A stretch of DNA of 64,000 nucleotides from Auanema rhodensis (Eukaryota; Animalia; Nematoda). The first letter of the stretch is position 1; each line of letters opens with the position of its first letter. The position numbers and the translations under genes are program-made. Below are positions 27,401-40,900 of the stretch, in pieces. The notes beneath the pieces were generated by a model, which did no database searches, was not told where the DNA came from, and saw nothing but the letters and a program-made list of their open reading frames with translations. The DNA lies in contig OZ059896.1 of the NCBI GenBank assembly GCA_964057225.1, forward strand, positions 14,756,001 through 14,820,000. Direction: 5' to 3'.

Positions 27401-29534
27401 CTTACTTATTGGACATTGAGGAATAATGGAGTATTTTTGGAAACAACATGAATAAGCTAAATGTTAGGTGAATAAAATGCTGAATGAGCGTATTTAAAAG
27501 GGAACTAAGATGCATTTGAGACAAAAAGCTAAAAACTAAATATAAAAAATTTTTCTAATTGAACTGAATGTATGAAGTTTGATGAGCCAGTTCATGAAAG
27601 TTGATGAGATGTCAAGTAGAAGCACATATTTGATAGAAGGTTCTTGCTATTCTTCTGACATATCTATACTTGAAAATCAAACAAGCTGGTAACGCTGTAA
27701 CTTCATTCTTGATTAATCTTAGTATGTTTTCATTGACAACATATTTACCTGTTCAAGTTATCTTGATCTTACTACATTCAAATTTGATTTTTTTTCCGTT
27801 TCGCACTTGGAATCTTGTGAGTTTGACTTGACATAATTTATTTTTTATTTACAAATAAATATTAAACAGAGTGAGAAAGTTCATAAAGAACTGACTTGTA
27901 TGAGATTGAGAAATGGATGGTTGAAAGGGGTAGTTGAGAAAGGAAAATGGGGGGGGGGGATGAGAACTAACTGAGGGCAATCCATATATTCAGTTTTTAC
28001 GTATTTAACCAATAATAGAAGTAAAAGTAACATCTCTCAAATAGACATGAATGTCTTTTTACCAATGAAGTATAACGTTTCTCTTTTTATCTCTCTCTCT
28101 ATCTCCCCCCTCTCTCTATATATATATATATATATATTTCCCTCTCTCTCTCGTTCATATCTATACCTCTTATCTTATGTCTTCTCATCCCAGCCTAGCT
28201 CACTCTCTTCATCTTATGAGCAAATTTCAAATTCTATGTGTTAGGTTACATTGAAACCTTATTAGCATTTCAAGTAAGTGTACGTGAAGATGAATGAGAG
28301 AAGAAAAACTTGAAAATGATTTCGTTCTGTCAGCTCTATGTATCAAGTCAAGTTTAGATTTTAATCTTCATCTTTTACCTTCATTTGCGCCCACTTTTTC
28401 GTTTTTTAAGTTCATTTTTTAACTTTTGAATATAATATATACAAAGGTATATATATATCCATCTATCTATATAATATATAATATATTGTATATTTTTTTT
28501 GTTTTTATTTTGTGTAAAACACTTATGATGTCCAATAAAGCATCACATTGGTATCGATCAGTTTACGAGATTTTTCATGTGCCTATTGAATTTCTTTAAG
28601 TTATTAGACGATTGAATTCTATTCTTTCTGAATTTTCTATTTCTTATTTAAAATTTTATTTCTAATACTAATACAGCAAAAAAGATTATCAATTCTTCGA
28701 ACGAACAGTTATTCTCAATTCTATTCAGTCTAATATTCAAGATATTTTCTTTAATTTATGCTTATAGTTATAATATTTTATGATTCTTCATTACTTATAC
28801 TTCAAATAATTTATCTTATTCCCTCTTTTTCTTATAATTAAACTCCTCAATCTTTTAACTGTAAAGGGAATAATGGACGGTATGATCCGAATATACGGAG
28901 AATCTAAATTGTTTATCAGCGATGACCCTACATCCTATATGAGCTTCTGTTTATTTTATTGAAAACCAATACATTCACTCAATATTTTTATTTATAATTA
29001 ATCAATTCATAATTTACTATATGATATTAATATTATGCATTCGATAAAAATATTTAAAGTTTATTGAACTTCACATCTCATTATGCCATATTATATTGAT
29101 TCATTGATTATCAAATATTTATAAATTATAATTATATAATTTACATAATTAGATAAAATAATATTCTAATAATTGCGTTTAAACTGATGCGTTTGCATGC
29201 TTTTCTTCCTCTCTTTTCGCTTTTTTGAGACAAAGAGATATGGAAGACGATGTCGGCGTCAATGATTGATCCCCTGCACCCGTTTGCCTCGCTGTCTCAA
29301 CCCTCTTCTACTTTGGGCTTTCTTCCGTTACTCGTCAGGAATTCCAGCCAAAAGCATTGGCTTCATCTATACGAACTACCACTACTAACCATAGATTTTC
29401 TTCTTTTCTCTTCTTACCTCTACCTCTTGTCTTCTTTCGCATCCTTACCCTTTCTCTTATTCTCTTTCCCTCTCTATCGTCATTCACTGCTTCCTTCTCA
29501 CTCTCTCAACCAGCTATCTCTCATTCATTCCCCC

Positions 29535-29580
<46 letters not shown>

Positions 29581-30714
29581 TTCTCTCTTTCTCTCTCTTT
29601 CCCTATCTAACTATCTACCTTTTTCTTTTCTTAGTATTCTCATAGTTTTTTCATATTTGACTGAAACATCGTAAAAGGAACCTCTGAATTGCTTTTATTC
29701 TTTTTCTCGTCTTTGCACTCAACTAACATACATAAATGCATATTTACTGCTCACAGATTTCAGTGAGCAATCTCAGTTGCTCAACCAAGCTGTAAGGTTT
29801 TCTTTAGCAATTCAACATAACGAATACTCTTTTATACTTGAAGCTGTGACACTTAATGCTTATGCCATAGCATTGTTAAACATGCAACTCCTAACTATTC
29901 AAGCTATTATATTCTAGCGCACATATTGTCGTAACTCTAATTAAATGTTTAAAATCTTATTTATTCCGATTATTCCATATATAGACAATTGCTTCTGGAT
30001 CAACTCTTGCCAGCGGCTATTTGTATATTTTGATCCTTCGTGCTGTTGGTGTTACTATGTTAGACGCAAGCTTTCTTTAATAGTCACGGCGGCTGCAAAT
30101 TCGCTTTTACTCCATCTAAGGCACAAGCCCTTGCTGATATTGACAGCTTTTTCTTCGGCTCCTTCGGCTGCTTCTCTCAGAGCATCGTTTTGAGATAGCC
30201 AGCCTTCTTTCCATTACATATTTTCTCACTAAATACTCATATTTTCTAAGAATTTTTTATCTAACTATGCTACATCAAATATATAAAAAATTAGATATAT
30301 GTTTGACCGTAAATCAAAAACTAAATTAAAGAATAGCACCTGTCGGTTTTGTATAAATTTTTCCAAGAGTTTTAAAAATGTTGCTTACAGCTACAAATAG
30401 TAAGCTTTACTATTTTGTTATAAAATCGTTTATCATGTTTTGTTTTTTCTCTTTTTGTTTTGGCTTTATTACAAAGTACTGCATCCGCCTTTTTTTGGCA
30501 TTTTTTCACATCTCTTTTCATCGCCTGAGGGCAATTGAATTTCTTTTACCTCGTCCCGTCATCATGGGTGGGCATCTCTTGATTCCCTTTTGCTGGCTTG
30601 TTGGTTGTTTCCCATTCTATATTTAGCCTATTTCTTTGTTTTTAGAAATTCTGATTTCCGATTTTGATGTTCTCTCCCATTTTACAACAATGATTTCTTT
30701 GAATTGATCTTGTC

Positions 30715-30779
30715 TCACGTGAATGACCAGTTTGAAACGCCAAAATTGACGTCAAAAACACGTGGAATCCGGTTTTCCA
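30715..30779. promoter_or_regulatory. Candidate enhancer: E-box TCACGTGA, CRE palindrome TTGACGTCAA, E-box CACGTG
   Basis: Motifs at 30715-30722, 30746-30755 and 30759-30764 sit in a GC-richer non-coding patch. Function is inferred only. Confidence 0.4.
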
Positions 30780-31329
30780 CCAATCGGAAGTGTTATTTCC
30801 GTGATGCATAGTGAACGATCGCTCAGAATGAGCTTGAGTAGTGACTGCCATACTTAAGACATGAGCGTTTGAACTTAACAACTGTGTCAATCAGCCTGTT
30901 TTCACTGTTTTTATCCGATTGAAAAGTTTAAAGATATAATACAGTGCAATCAAATTATCTGAAGCGGTTTTCAATTTTAAGTGATAGCCTTGATGAGTGA
31001 CATAAACATGAAGACGTATGTTGTTTCTTACAACATGATATGATTGTTCAAGTATTCGTTGTTTCAAATAATAATTATTTGATCGTTGTTACAAGCCAAA
31101 CAAGCGGCAACTCTGGCTGCTCGTGATCATTATCATATAAAGTAATTGTGACAAATGATCCCAAATTGATCGGACAATTTGTGTAGTATGTTGATCAATT
31201 GTCCTTTCACGGCAGATTGAACATGTTCAATGTTTGAACTTTTGGTTGGAAAAAGAACGAGATGCTAATTGAAATCGGCTCAAAATGCAGTATCAGTAAA
31301 AGAAGAAGAATAGCGATGAAGACGAATAT

Positions 31330-31460
31330 ATGTATATATATTTATATATATATATATATATATATGTAGAGAGAGAGAGGGAGAGAGAGAAAGAGAGAGG
31401 GAGAGAGAGGGAGAGAGAGGGAGAGAGAGAAAGAGAGAGGGAGAGAGAGGGAGAGAGAGA
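31330..31460. repeat. Compound (TA)n + (GA)n microsatellite
   Basis: A TA run followed by GAGAGAGAGG-type units. Confidence 0.9.
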
Positions 31461-33720
31461 GTTATGAGGGAGAAGATTAGATTGCCATATATATATATAT
31501 ATGTTTATTAGAGAATGAGAGATATGAAGAAACAAATGCAAGGAAGTGAAAAGGCAATGAAGAAGAGGGGGCAAGATGAGGTGAAGAAAGAGGACCATGA
31601 CGATGACGAAGTGATGAACGAAACGATGTGTGAAGAAGACCAAGAGATAGGCAAGCCAGACAACGTATTCGATAAATCTGACTGACAGAAAACACGTTTA
31701 AATTAAATTTTTCTTCTTAATTAATTATTCATATAAAATATTAAACAGTTGACTATATTATAGTATGATATATATATATATATTGAAATGTGTTAATTAG
31801 TTATCATATTTTACATAATTATTTACATATGTAATACTATATGTATATAGTATTTATTTTATTTCTTATAACTAGCACTTTTTCATTTTTTTTTGAAAAA
31901 ATAATTTAAATTTATGGATGAGAATATACTGATTCATTCTCAGCTATTTCCCATCTATCTGGCTCATGAATGATAGCAGTTTTGCACAAAATTTGTTTCA
32001 AATTGCTTCTTTGTAAGTAGATAATCAATTTGAATCAATCATGAAAAGAATTGTTATATATAATCTAACTAATAGTTAACTATATATATATATATGTTAA
32101 ATATAATTAATATATTCTATAGTTATATACAGATTATGTATATATATATACATATATCATTCGATTCATTGATCTATAGATCGTTCAATCTCCTGTATTT
32201 CAATTCTTCCTATTTGTCTGATATCATATCATCCGTAAACCTCGCAGATTTTCAGCGATCTCCTCCGACAGCCGGGGGTAACCACGAATATGAGATCGTC
32301 CCATATTCAGAAGACAAATTTATCTCATTCGTTATATTGATAATTTTTTGTGTTTTCTTCTTTCAAATTATTATTAATAAGCATAAATATCTCTTAACGA
32401 ACTCTCAAATTTCAAGTTTTTCTTTTTGCATTCTGAGTTTATAATATTTTCTTCGTCGACATAGACATTTTTATTTTTATTTTCTTTGTTGAAATGTAAT
32501 TGTTTGCAATATTTCATTGTGGTACTTGCTTTTAGATGTCAAACTTCTATTCATACCTTTCTCATCCATGTCCTGTTGCTCGTTTTTAAAATTTGGATTC
32601 AGCTATCACCCTTGTTTTCAAATTCTTGTTTTCATTACTCACTTGTTCTTGAAAAAAAAGAAAAGGAGAAAGAGCAGCAAATGAACAAATATATTTCAAA
32701 TTCCTCTGTTAACTAGAAACAGATCATGAAGCTCTTGAATAGAAGTTGTCATCCCTCTTTTCTACCAGCTCGTTTATCTTCTTGCGTCTTCCTATTTCTT
32801 ATAATTTTCTATAATTTGTCTAGTTTCCTTCCTAGCATGGGACAGGAAAGAAGAAAGAGAAAAGGTTTCTTTCGTATTTTTTATTTGCTTCCCTGGATTA
32901 AATTTAGCCAAAGTTACAGGTAGTATCATCTAATTCTTTCGTAGTTTCCCATTCCAGCTTCTTCATAAGCTGCCTAATCACACTTACTGTCAAGTAGTTC
33001 ATAAGCACATGAATATACGAGATTTGAGCACGTTCTATGGAAATTACTTTTCCCATATTACTCTCAGTCATTCACAATTGTTCAATTATTCTCTTCTTTT
33101 TGCAAGAGAGATTATGGTAATTTTCAAAGAATTCCATTATCTATTATCTATCTATCATATATTTTTGAGTCATCTGTTCAAACTTCTATAAGATCAAGTC
33201 TGGAGCCTATTAGGACAGGTAGGCTCATTGAGTGATTGTACACAATTCCTTAATCGCATTGTCTTTCAATGCGCATCTCTCCAACTTTATTTCTTCTTTC
33301 CTTTTCCCATCACTAAATCGTCTCATTTCGATTGCATTAATGATACCAAGTGTTAGTATGTATCAAGCATATGTATTCTCAATTAACTATATCAAATAAA
33401 TATTCTTATCTCAGAAAAAAAAAGATTAAATATATAAATTATATAGTTTTACTGTAGTCTACTAGATGTAGTCTCACATCATATCTTCAAATACTCTATT
33501 TCCGTTTTTTTTTCATTTGAATTATATGCTAGCTCTTTGTAGGTTTAATCACAGTTAATTCGTTAATTATATGTATAAGTAGTATTCAATCCAATACACT
33601 AGCTATTTAATAATTAAAATGATTATAAAGTAATCCTTCTACTGATCGTCAACCCTTTTTTATCTCTCATTACGTTAAAGAAAATCGTTTTAACATCCTT
33701 CTCACTTATTATCTCTATCT

Positions 33721-33745
33721 TTCTCTCTCTCTCTCTCTCTCGCTT

Positions 33746-33805
<60 letters not shown>
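33721..33805. repeat. (CT)n microsatellite
   Basis: Directly visible. Confidence 0.9.
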
Positions 33806-33807
<2 letters not shown>

Positions 33808-34774
33808 GCCTTTTAGCTCTCTAATACAAAGCTGACACTCATAAGACAGTTCATTTGATTGAAAAGACAAACCATCATGAGATTGATATGAAGTACGTCT
33901 GTCGTTCATAGGTATTTCCTTCGTTTTGGGTGCAGACTGTACTCTTTGATAATGTCTGTGTCGTATTTAGTTTTCGGACAATGTTCAAGAAAACGTCATG
34001 ACATCATATAAACTTAGATGTATGGCGTTTTCTGATGAGAGTCTTCAGCCCCATGACGTTGAAAAACTCTTTTTCTACACAGAATTATGTTTGAACTGTT
34101 GACGAAATGAGTTGACAATGTAGCTAGCAGAAATATATATCTATCGCATGAAAATCTCTATTATTCTTTGTGTGATCGTCATTAAATTTAAATTCTCTTC
34201 ACCATATTTGAAGTTTATTTTTCACAAAATAGCACATAGTTTGTATAAATAGTCTGGTCACTCAAAAAGTTACGGAATAGCATAATCAACACAGATTATA
34301 GATATATTTAATCAGATTTTTGAAAACTAGACAGATCATATGGATATAACGGTTGTGAACTTGTGTTTTGCACAATTTGAATTTATATTTGCAAAAAGAT
34401 ATATTTAGATAATTCATATATACATATATCTATCAAAACATCCTTAATCTTGATTTTCTATTGAAAATATAATATATCAAGTTTGCAAGCAGCAATAGAT
34501 AATCTGAATATTATCATCTGATGCCTTAAGGATGCATCGTCCATTTGGATTGACATAAACGCTATCAAACTTGATCTATTAGTGCAAAGTTCCAATATAA
34601 AAATTCATTAACTATATCATATAATTTGAATGGTTTTTTTTAGGTTTCTCTCTTTCTCTTCATATTCTCCCCTCATTTTAGGTGAAAATTGCACCTTAGC
34701 TGTCAGTAGTTTACTCTCAATCCAGTCTGATGTCGTTATGTCTCGCGCGCTATATCTGCGATAGTTAGACTTCA

Positions 34775-34832
34775 CCATCATCATCATCATCATCATCATC
34801 GTCATCATCATCGTCATCATCAACAACAACAT
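34775..34832. repeat. (CAT)n/(CAA)n trinucleotide repeat
   Basis: Directly visible; it explains the poly-Met ORF 34617-34889. Confidence 0.9.
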
Positions 34833-35781
34833 CAGAAGTAGCAGGATAGCTGAAAACGGAGTTATATAGGATACGGTGTTTATCAACATTAGAATTTGCT
34901 TTTCTAATTAAATTATTGGATTTGTCCTTTTGAATCTTTGAAAAACACTCGTTTTACCCTTTTTGCCATCTGTGAAAGATGGATGTTCATTTGATTTTAT
35001 AATCTTTTGATCAAAGACCGGAATTCCATGATATTATTCTCTTTTTTTCTCGGTTGGACTGCTTAAGGTAAATGATGATTTGAGGCGAAAAAGGGCTTAT
35101 AGAATTGATTTTCAAAAGTTACTTTGATATGCACATCATATACTAACTATACAAGTATTCAAATATCAAAAACATAATTTATGTATAGTTATAGATAGAT
35201 CTATATAGTATAATATTAATTTTTGGTAACAAAACTATTTATGATATTGGTACATATACATATGTCTGACCTATTACATATTTCTACAGTAAAAGACAGT
35301 GGGAGATAGGGAGAGAGAAAAACGATAAGTAATATATTGACCGGAGAGTATGCTGAAGAAGATCCTGCTCATGAACTAAGGCTTAAGTCTTCGCATTGTT
35401 CAATGGCACAAAGTTGTGGAAATACACATATATACACTAGCCATGTGGATTAACCCAAAGGTGTGACGAGACATGCACAGACAGTATAGAGTAGCCTGGA
35501 ATAAATACATAAAGTTTTGGCTAGTACTAGATAAAATTAGAGATATTTTCACATGGATTATACTTCTTTCATTCGTTTCTCTTTTCTATGCTTTCCCTCT
35601 TCTTTTTCTCTCTTCATATCTCTTCCTATCTCTCTGATTTTCTCTTCCTCTTTTCTATTCTCTTATGAATCCCCTTCATGCATTTATCTATACTACGAGA
35701 AGGATGAAAATGGTGATCCGGTTCTAACCCATGCTCTACTCTTTCCTACCTTTCTCTCTGTATTCATTCCTTCTTCGTGCC

Positions 35782-35800
35782 CTCTCTCTCTCTCTCTCTC

Positions 35801-35846
<46 letters not shown>
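35782..35846. repeat. (CT)n microsatellite
   Basis: Directly visible. Confidence 0.9.
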
Positions 35847-35852
<6 letters not shown>

Positions 35853-37045
35853 ACTCTATCTTGTTCTCTCTTCTGTTTTCACTCTCTTGTCCCTCTATTT
35901 CTCTTTTTCCAACTTCAGCACTCATAATCACTCTGAATAATCATTCATATATTTTTTTCTAATTTTTAACAATCAAAAAGCCGAAAAATGACTCAGATCT
36001 GTTACTACTGTCCTTTCTGTTACTTCTCGTACTATCTTCCTCCCTTTATCTTCTGTTTCTCTTTCTATTCCCTCTATGCCTTTTCGTTCTATTCGATTCC
36101 GAGCTCTTTGAATTGCGTGTCAACCATTTTTTTCTCTTACATCTCCTATTTCTACACTTGGATGACCAAAAAAAATCTTAAAATTATGAACCCCGATGAC
36201 TCAGATTCTGACAACTTTTCTGGCTCCAAGGAAGTAGCATAAATAGTTTTTGGTAGCGAAAGAAGAAAAGGTCAGCAAAGCCTAAGCAGGTCTAACTTCT
36301 ATTTTTCATACTTTTGTTATTTATTTATGTATTATTCACTTTTAACATAATCAATTTTTTTCTTTATCTCCTTCCCTTTTTCCTTTTTCTTTGTCTTATT
36401 CTCCCACCTCTCTGTTTCTGTGTAGTTCTCCCTCTTTACCTTTTCTCGACTATTTTTCTACTATTTTGACTATTTACTTTTCTTCTTCCCAAAACAACTG
36501 TTGTATAATTGTATTTGTGTTTTTAATTTATTTTTTTGTGTACAAAAGTTTATAAATGTTGATAACCTGCAATTTAATAATATTTATTAACTATATTATA
36601 TAATATACATCTGTATATAGTATAGATTTTTAAATCCTATATTATCATGTTAGTTATCATCATAACTATTCGCCTTTGTACTGAAACCTATGCCCGTCTT
36701 TTCTGTTTTGTTTAGTTTTTTTCAATTTTAATTATTATTTGTTTCAGAGATTGATGAAAAAAGTATAAATAGATTATGTTTTACTACTCGTTTTCGTCAC
36801 CTTGAACTTCATCGTCGCATTCTCATCAATTTTAATTGTAATTTGCAAATTGTCTAACCAACATATCGTCTTCATTCGAGATAATGGCCATGTGACACTT
36901 TGGCTACAACAATGTCATTCACATTAGTTTCGTTATCAACGAAAACTGTTTTTCGAACTTCACTTCCCCCCCCCCTATGTTTCGTTTCCACTTCATACCT
37001 CAACTCTTCACCTCAACTCTTCACCTCAATTCTCTCTCTCTCTCT

Positions 37046-37090
<45 letters not shown>

Positions 37091-37917
37091 TCTATTTTAC
37101 AATCATTGTTTTCGATGCTCATTTATTCAGACAATTCATAATTTTTGTCCTACTTACTTTCCTGTACTACTTATTGCAACCAATTCATCAGTACCTCTCG
37201 TACTATATCTCCGCCCTCTCTTTTCCATTTTTTTCATAGTTTTCCCTTTTTTCCATTTTACGTGATATACGTGAATAACATAAACATTCACTTCATTTTT
37301 ACTGGATACCAGATATGAAACGGTTGTTACTCTCACTCTCAGCGTTCATTCGCATCCAAACGTTCAGTTTTTTCATTAATGAATGGACTGTTCCGTACGT
37401 TTTTCAATTTGAAACAATAGTCTAGAACTTCTTTTGCAGCTATTGCTGCAGACGTGGATAAAATATAATGAAAATTAACACTTTTTTGGCCAAAAATAAG
37501 TGAATTAATTGCCTTTCAGTTCAGTCTTTCCTTTTTCTCTTCCTCTTCTCCTTTATATTTTCATTTTCTTACTAATGTCTGTTCTATATTTTGATTTTTT
37601 TACTTTCTATTCGTTCTCTCTCAACATCAGTTTGGAATTGTTTGCGAAAGGAACTTTAAAAATCGCTAATCAAAAAGTTAAGTTGATCTATAGGCGACCA
37701 ATTGGAATTGGAGGCAAAAACTCGCTAAAAGTGATTTGAGAGAGAAAATGGAATAGAAGTGCAACTTATATTATTAGAGATTGTTGATTATATCAACAAC
37801 ACAATGTGATGAAGCTTTTTCAGATAGAGAAAAATCATAGAGGTTTTCATTCGCTTTGTGTTGCCTTTTCGAAAAACTTTAAAGGCTTCATTGTAGATTT
37901 AAACATGTTGAAAGATG

Positions 37918-37964
<47 letters not shown>

Positions 37965-40900
37965 TGATTCTAAATTCTTCTTATTAATAATATTCAACAT
38001 CATAGAACATATAGATAGATATGACTATCAAGTATCAATATTAGATTTACTTCTTTTAATCGGAAGTTAAAATTATCTCTAATTATGGTACTGTATTATA
38101 AGTAAATATCTAATTATAGTTTCAATGGAATTCAATTTCTACTTAATCATCTTCTCTCCATAGATACTATCCAGAATCTAATATTATTACTGATGCTGAT
38201 GTACATATTACTGACGTAAACTCATTGTAAACCGGTCAACCAACGTGTTTTGTAAGTGGCTGGTAAAATTTTGAACTCTAGCTGATACCTAGATCATATT
38301 TTCTCTCGGAATTTGTGGTTACGCATTGTATGAATTGAAAGATTGAGGACAATCATATACATACATACACATAGAGAGAAAGAATATTAAAAACTATTTG
38401 TATACCAGAAGGATGATTACAGTATGAGTTTATATATATATATATATAAATATAATTATATAGATACAATATATGAAAAAAGAAGAAAAGAGATTAAGTA
38501 TATGATGCAATATCAAGTTGAATCTTCATCTTTTCTCAATCACCTGAGTTGTAATCAGTAATTTAAACATTTTCTAGTTAATATTAGCATGATTACAACG
38601 GAGAAACATCTCAATTTCGAAGGAATTGAAAGTTGAAGATGACACACGGAAACTGATTCAAAGTTGGCAGATCATCGTCGTGAACGGCAAAATACTTGAG
38701 CTCTCGTTGATTTTTCATGTTCATCAGGGTTGAGACATTGAATAGCGAACAGAAGACACCGTCTCTCTACGGCAACCAAGCAGGAAGTGACTGAGTAAGC
38801 TGGAGAGGAAGCACGGGAATTGAGAAAGACATTCATCTGTTTACATTCAGTAATAGCAACAGTCTAATTCTATCAAGAATTTCTTCGACGGCTACACGAT
38901 CTCCATAATAAACTTTCCGGTGTAGCCAGTTTATTTATCATTTCCATTAAGCTTTCTTCTCAAATTATTTTTTTCATTTTCGAACTCACAAAGTTCAAAT
39001 TGTATCTTCTTCTCTTATCGATCTGCGTCTCTATTTCTCATATAATTTCTAATTATTTACTCAGTTTTTACATTTTATAAACATTTGGCTTAACAACTAT
39101 TAAATTTGAAAATCGTTTTTTCTTCGGCTTAAAAACAACCGGGTATCATACGGTGGTAATAGATGTGCAGTTAGTACATCTACTTCTGCTCATTATACTC
39201 GTCCTTTTTGTCTTCTGTAAATCCTTGTTTCCATTTTTGTTGAAAATTTTTGCAAATATACCCATTTGTCTATGCTATATCAGAATTATATTATAAATAT
39301 GTTTAACTATGCGTAAATAGTTCATCTTACCTATTGAGAATCGAGTACTTGAGTACCTGGTTTATCCTGATGCAACAACTGTCATCATCATCATCACACC
39401 GTCCTCCCATGACCTAATCTCTTTTCACTTACTTTCCTACATCCGCATGTGAAGATTTACAATATTTCACCATATTTTGTGTTTTCCAACCTTTTCAACC
39501 TTTTTAGAATACTCTGTTTGTTTCTTGTTGTACATTTATTCTCTCTATAATTATCCATTCTTTCTCTCTTCGTTTCTCTTCACTTTATACCCCTTTTCCT
39601 CTGCTTATCCCATTTTCTCTCGTCATCTCTCTGTACCTCTTGTTGTTGCTATGTATCTTTGTAACTCTTCAACTCTTTCATCATCTAAAACACTCCTCAA
39701 ATTCAAACTGCTTTTCTCTATTTTCAAAACTTTATTTCATAGATCACTTGTCTATCAAACAGAGAAATATGGAAAAGGGAAACAAAAAAATCGGAAAGCC
39801 AGTGGCATGTTGCGATTCCGTTTTCCCTGCGAGATGTATATTGTTATTATTTGGCCAAAAATGGAAGTATACCTTGTTCTACTCCCTATTAGTATGCGTC
39901 ATTTAACCAACTAAATGCCCGATGACGACGACGTCGTCGACATGCCATCAGCATAGAGCGCAACTAGTTTTGAAGAATATCAGACCCCGTATTGGGGTCT
40001 TTTCATCGAATCATCTCTAGCTGAACTGACCAAAGAGATATCATATATCCATCAGTTTAGGCTTTTCACCTTTATATTCCATCTTCTACCCTTCCTCGCA
40101 TTTCTATAGTTTCCATAATCTCTACCTCCTATATTCCATTCATATGCAGTTTTATTTTCAACAAAAATTAAACATTTGTTGTCTCCAATTTCGTCTAACA
40201 TTTCCCATTAAAAGTCTCATAGAAAAGAAGTCCTACAGATCATTTTAAAATTATTTCGATTATTTATATCTTTCAACTGATAGACTTTTCATCTTCAATT
40301 TATGAACAACCATAATGTATAGTACTGATTGAAAACTTCATCATTTTCCCACCTCGTTTCTCTCTTTTCGTTTTTTTTATTTCAAAGTTTTTGTAGAAAC
40401 ATCATGCCTATATGAAATACATTCCACATTTTCAAGAAAATTCTTCTAATAAAAATAAAAATGACATGATTTGTGTCTTGAAATTAGCGCCTTCAAATCC
40501 AAAAAGGTGTCTTGAACGACGTCTTAAATCTTCCATCATTCGTCATACGGCTCATTTCGTTTTCATGTCATTTTTCTATTATAATATTATAATTCTATCT
40601 ATAATAGTTAGTATAATATATATATATATATATATATAAGATTATTAAATTTTTTGTAAATTATTCGAAAAATGAATAATCTTCTTTTTAATATTATTAT
40701 ACGTTACTATTATGTATAATAAATAAATATATAATTAGTACTTATTATCATACCAAAAGTTTCTAAATTTATAAGAACGTTAAGCTTATTTGCTTTGTAA
40801 TCATAATTCCTTTTTCTTTTCTTTAGCATATAAATTTAAATTTTAAATTGATTTATCAGATCTCTATAAAGATTTTGATATTTTCTTTGAAAATTCTAAC

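Noticed and set aside
29250-29400. Protein-like start MSASMIDPLHPFASLSQPSSTLGF as another NHR first exon
   Set aside because: No good phase-2 donor follows; the frame runs into a CT microsatellite.
33541-33570. GGTTTAATCACAGTTAATTCG resembling a spliced-leader exon
   Set aside because: No AG|GT donor at position 22 and no Sm-binding site or SL RNA stem-loops follow.
35400-35455. AATGGCAC seed (miR-228/miR-183-like) with a partial fold-back
   Set aside because: Pairing is too short and bulged for a pre-miRNA, and the rest of the mature sequence does not match.
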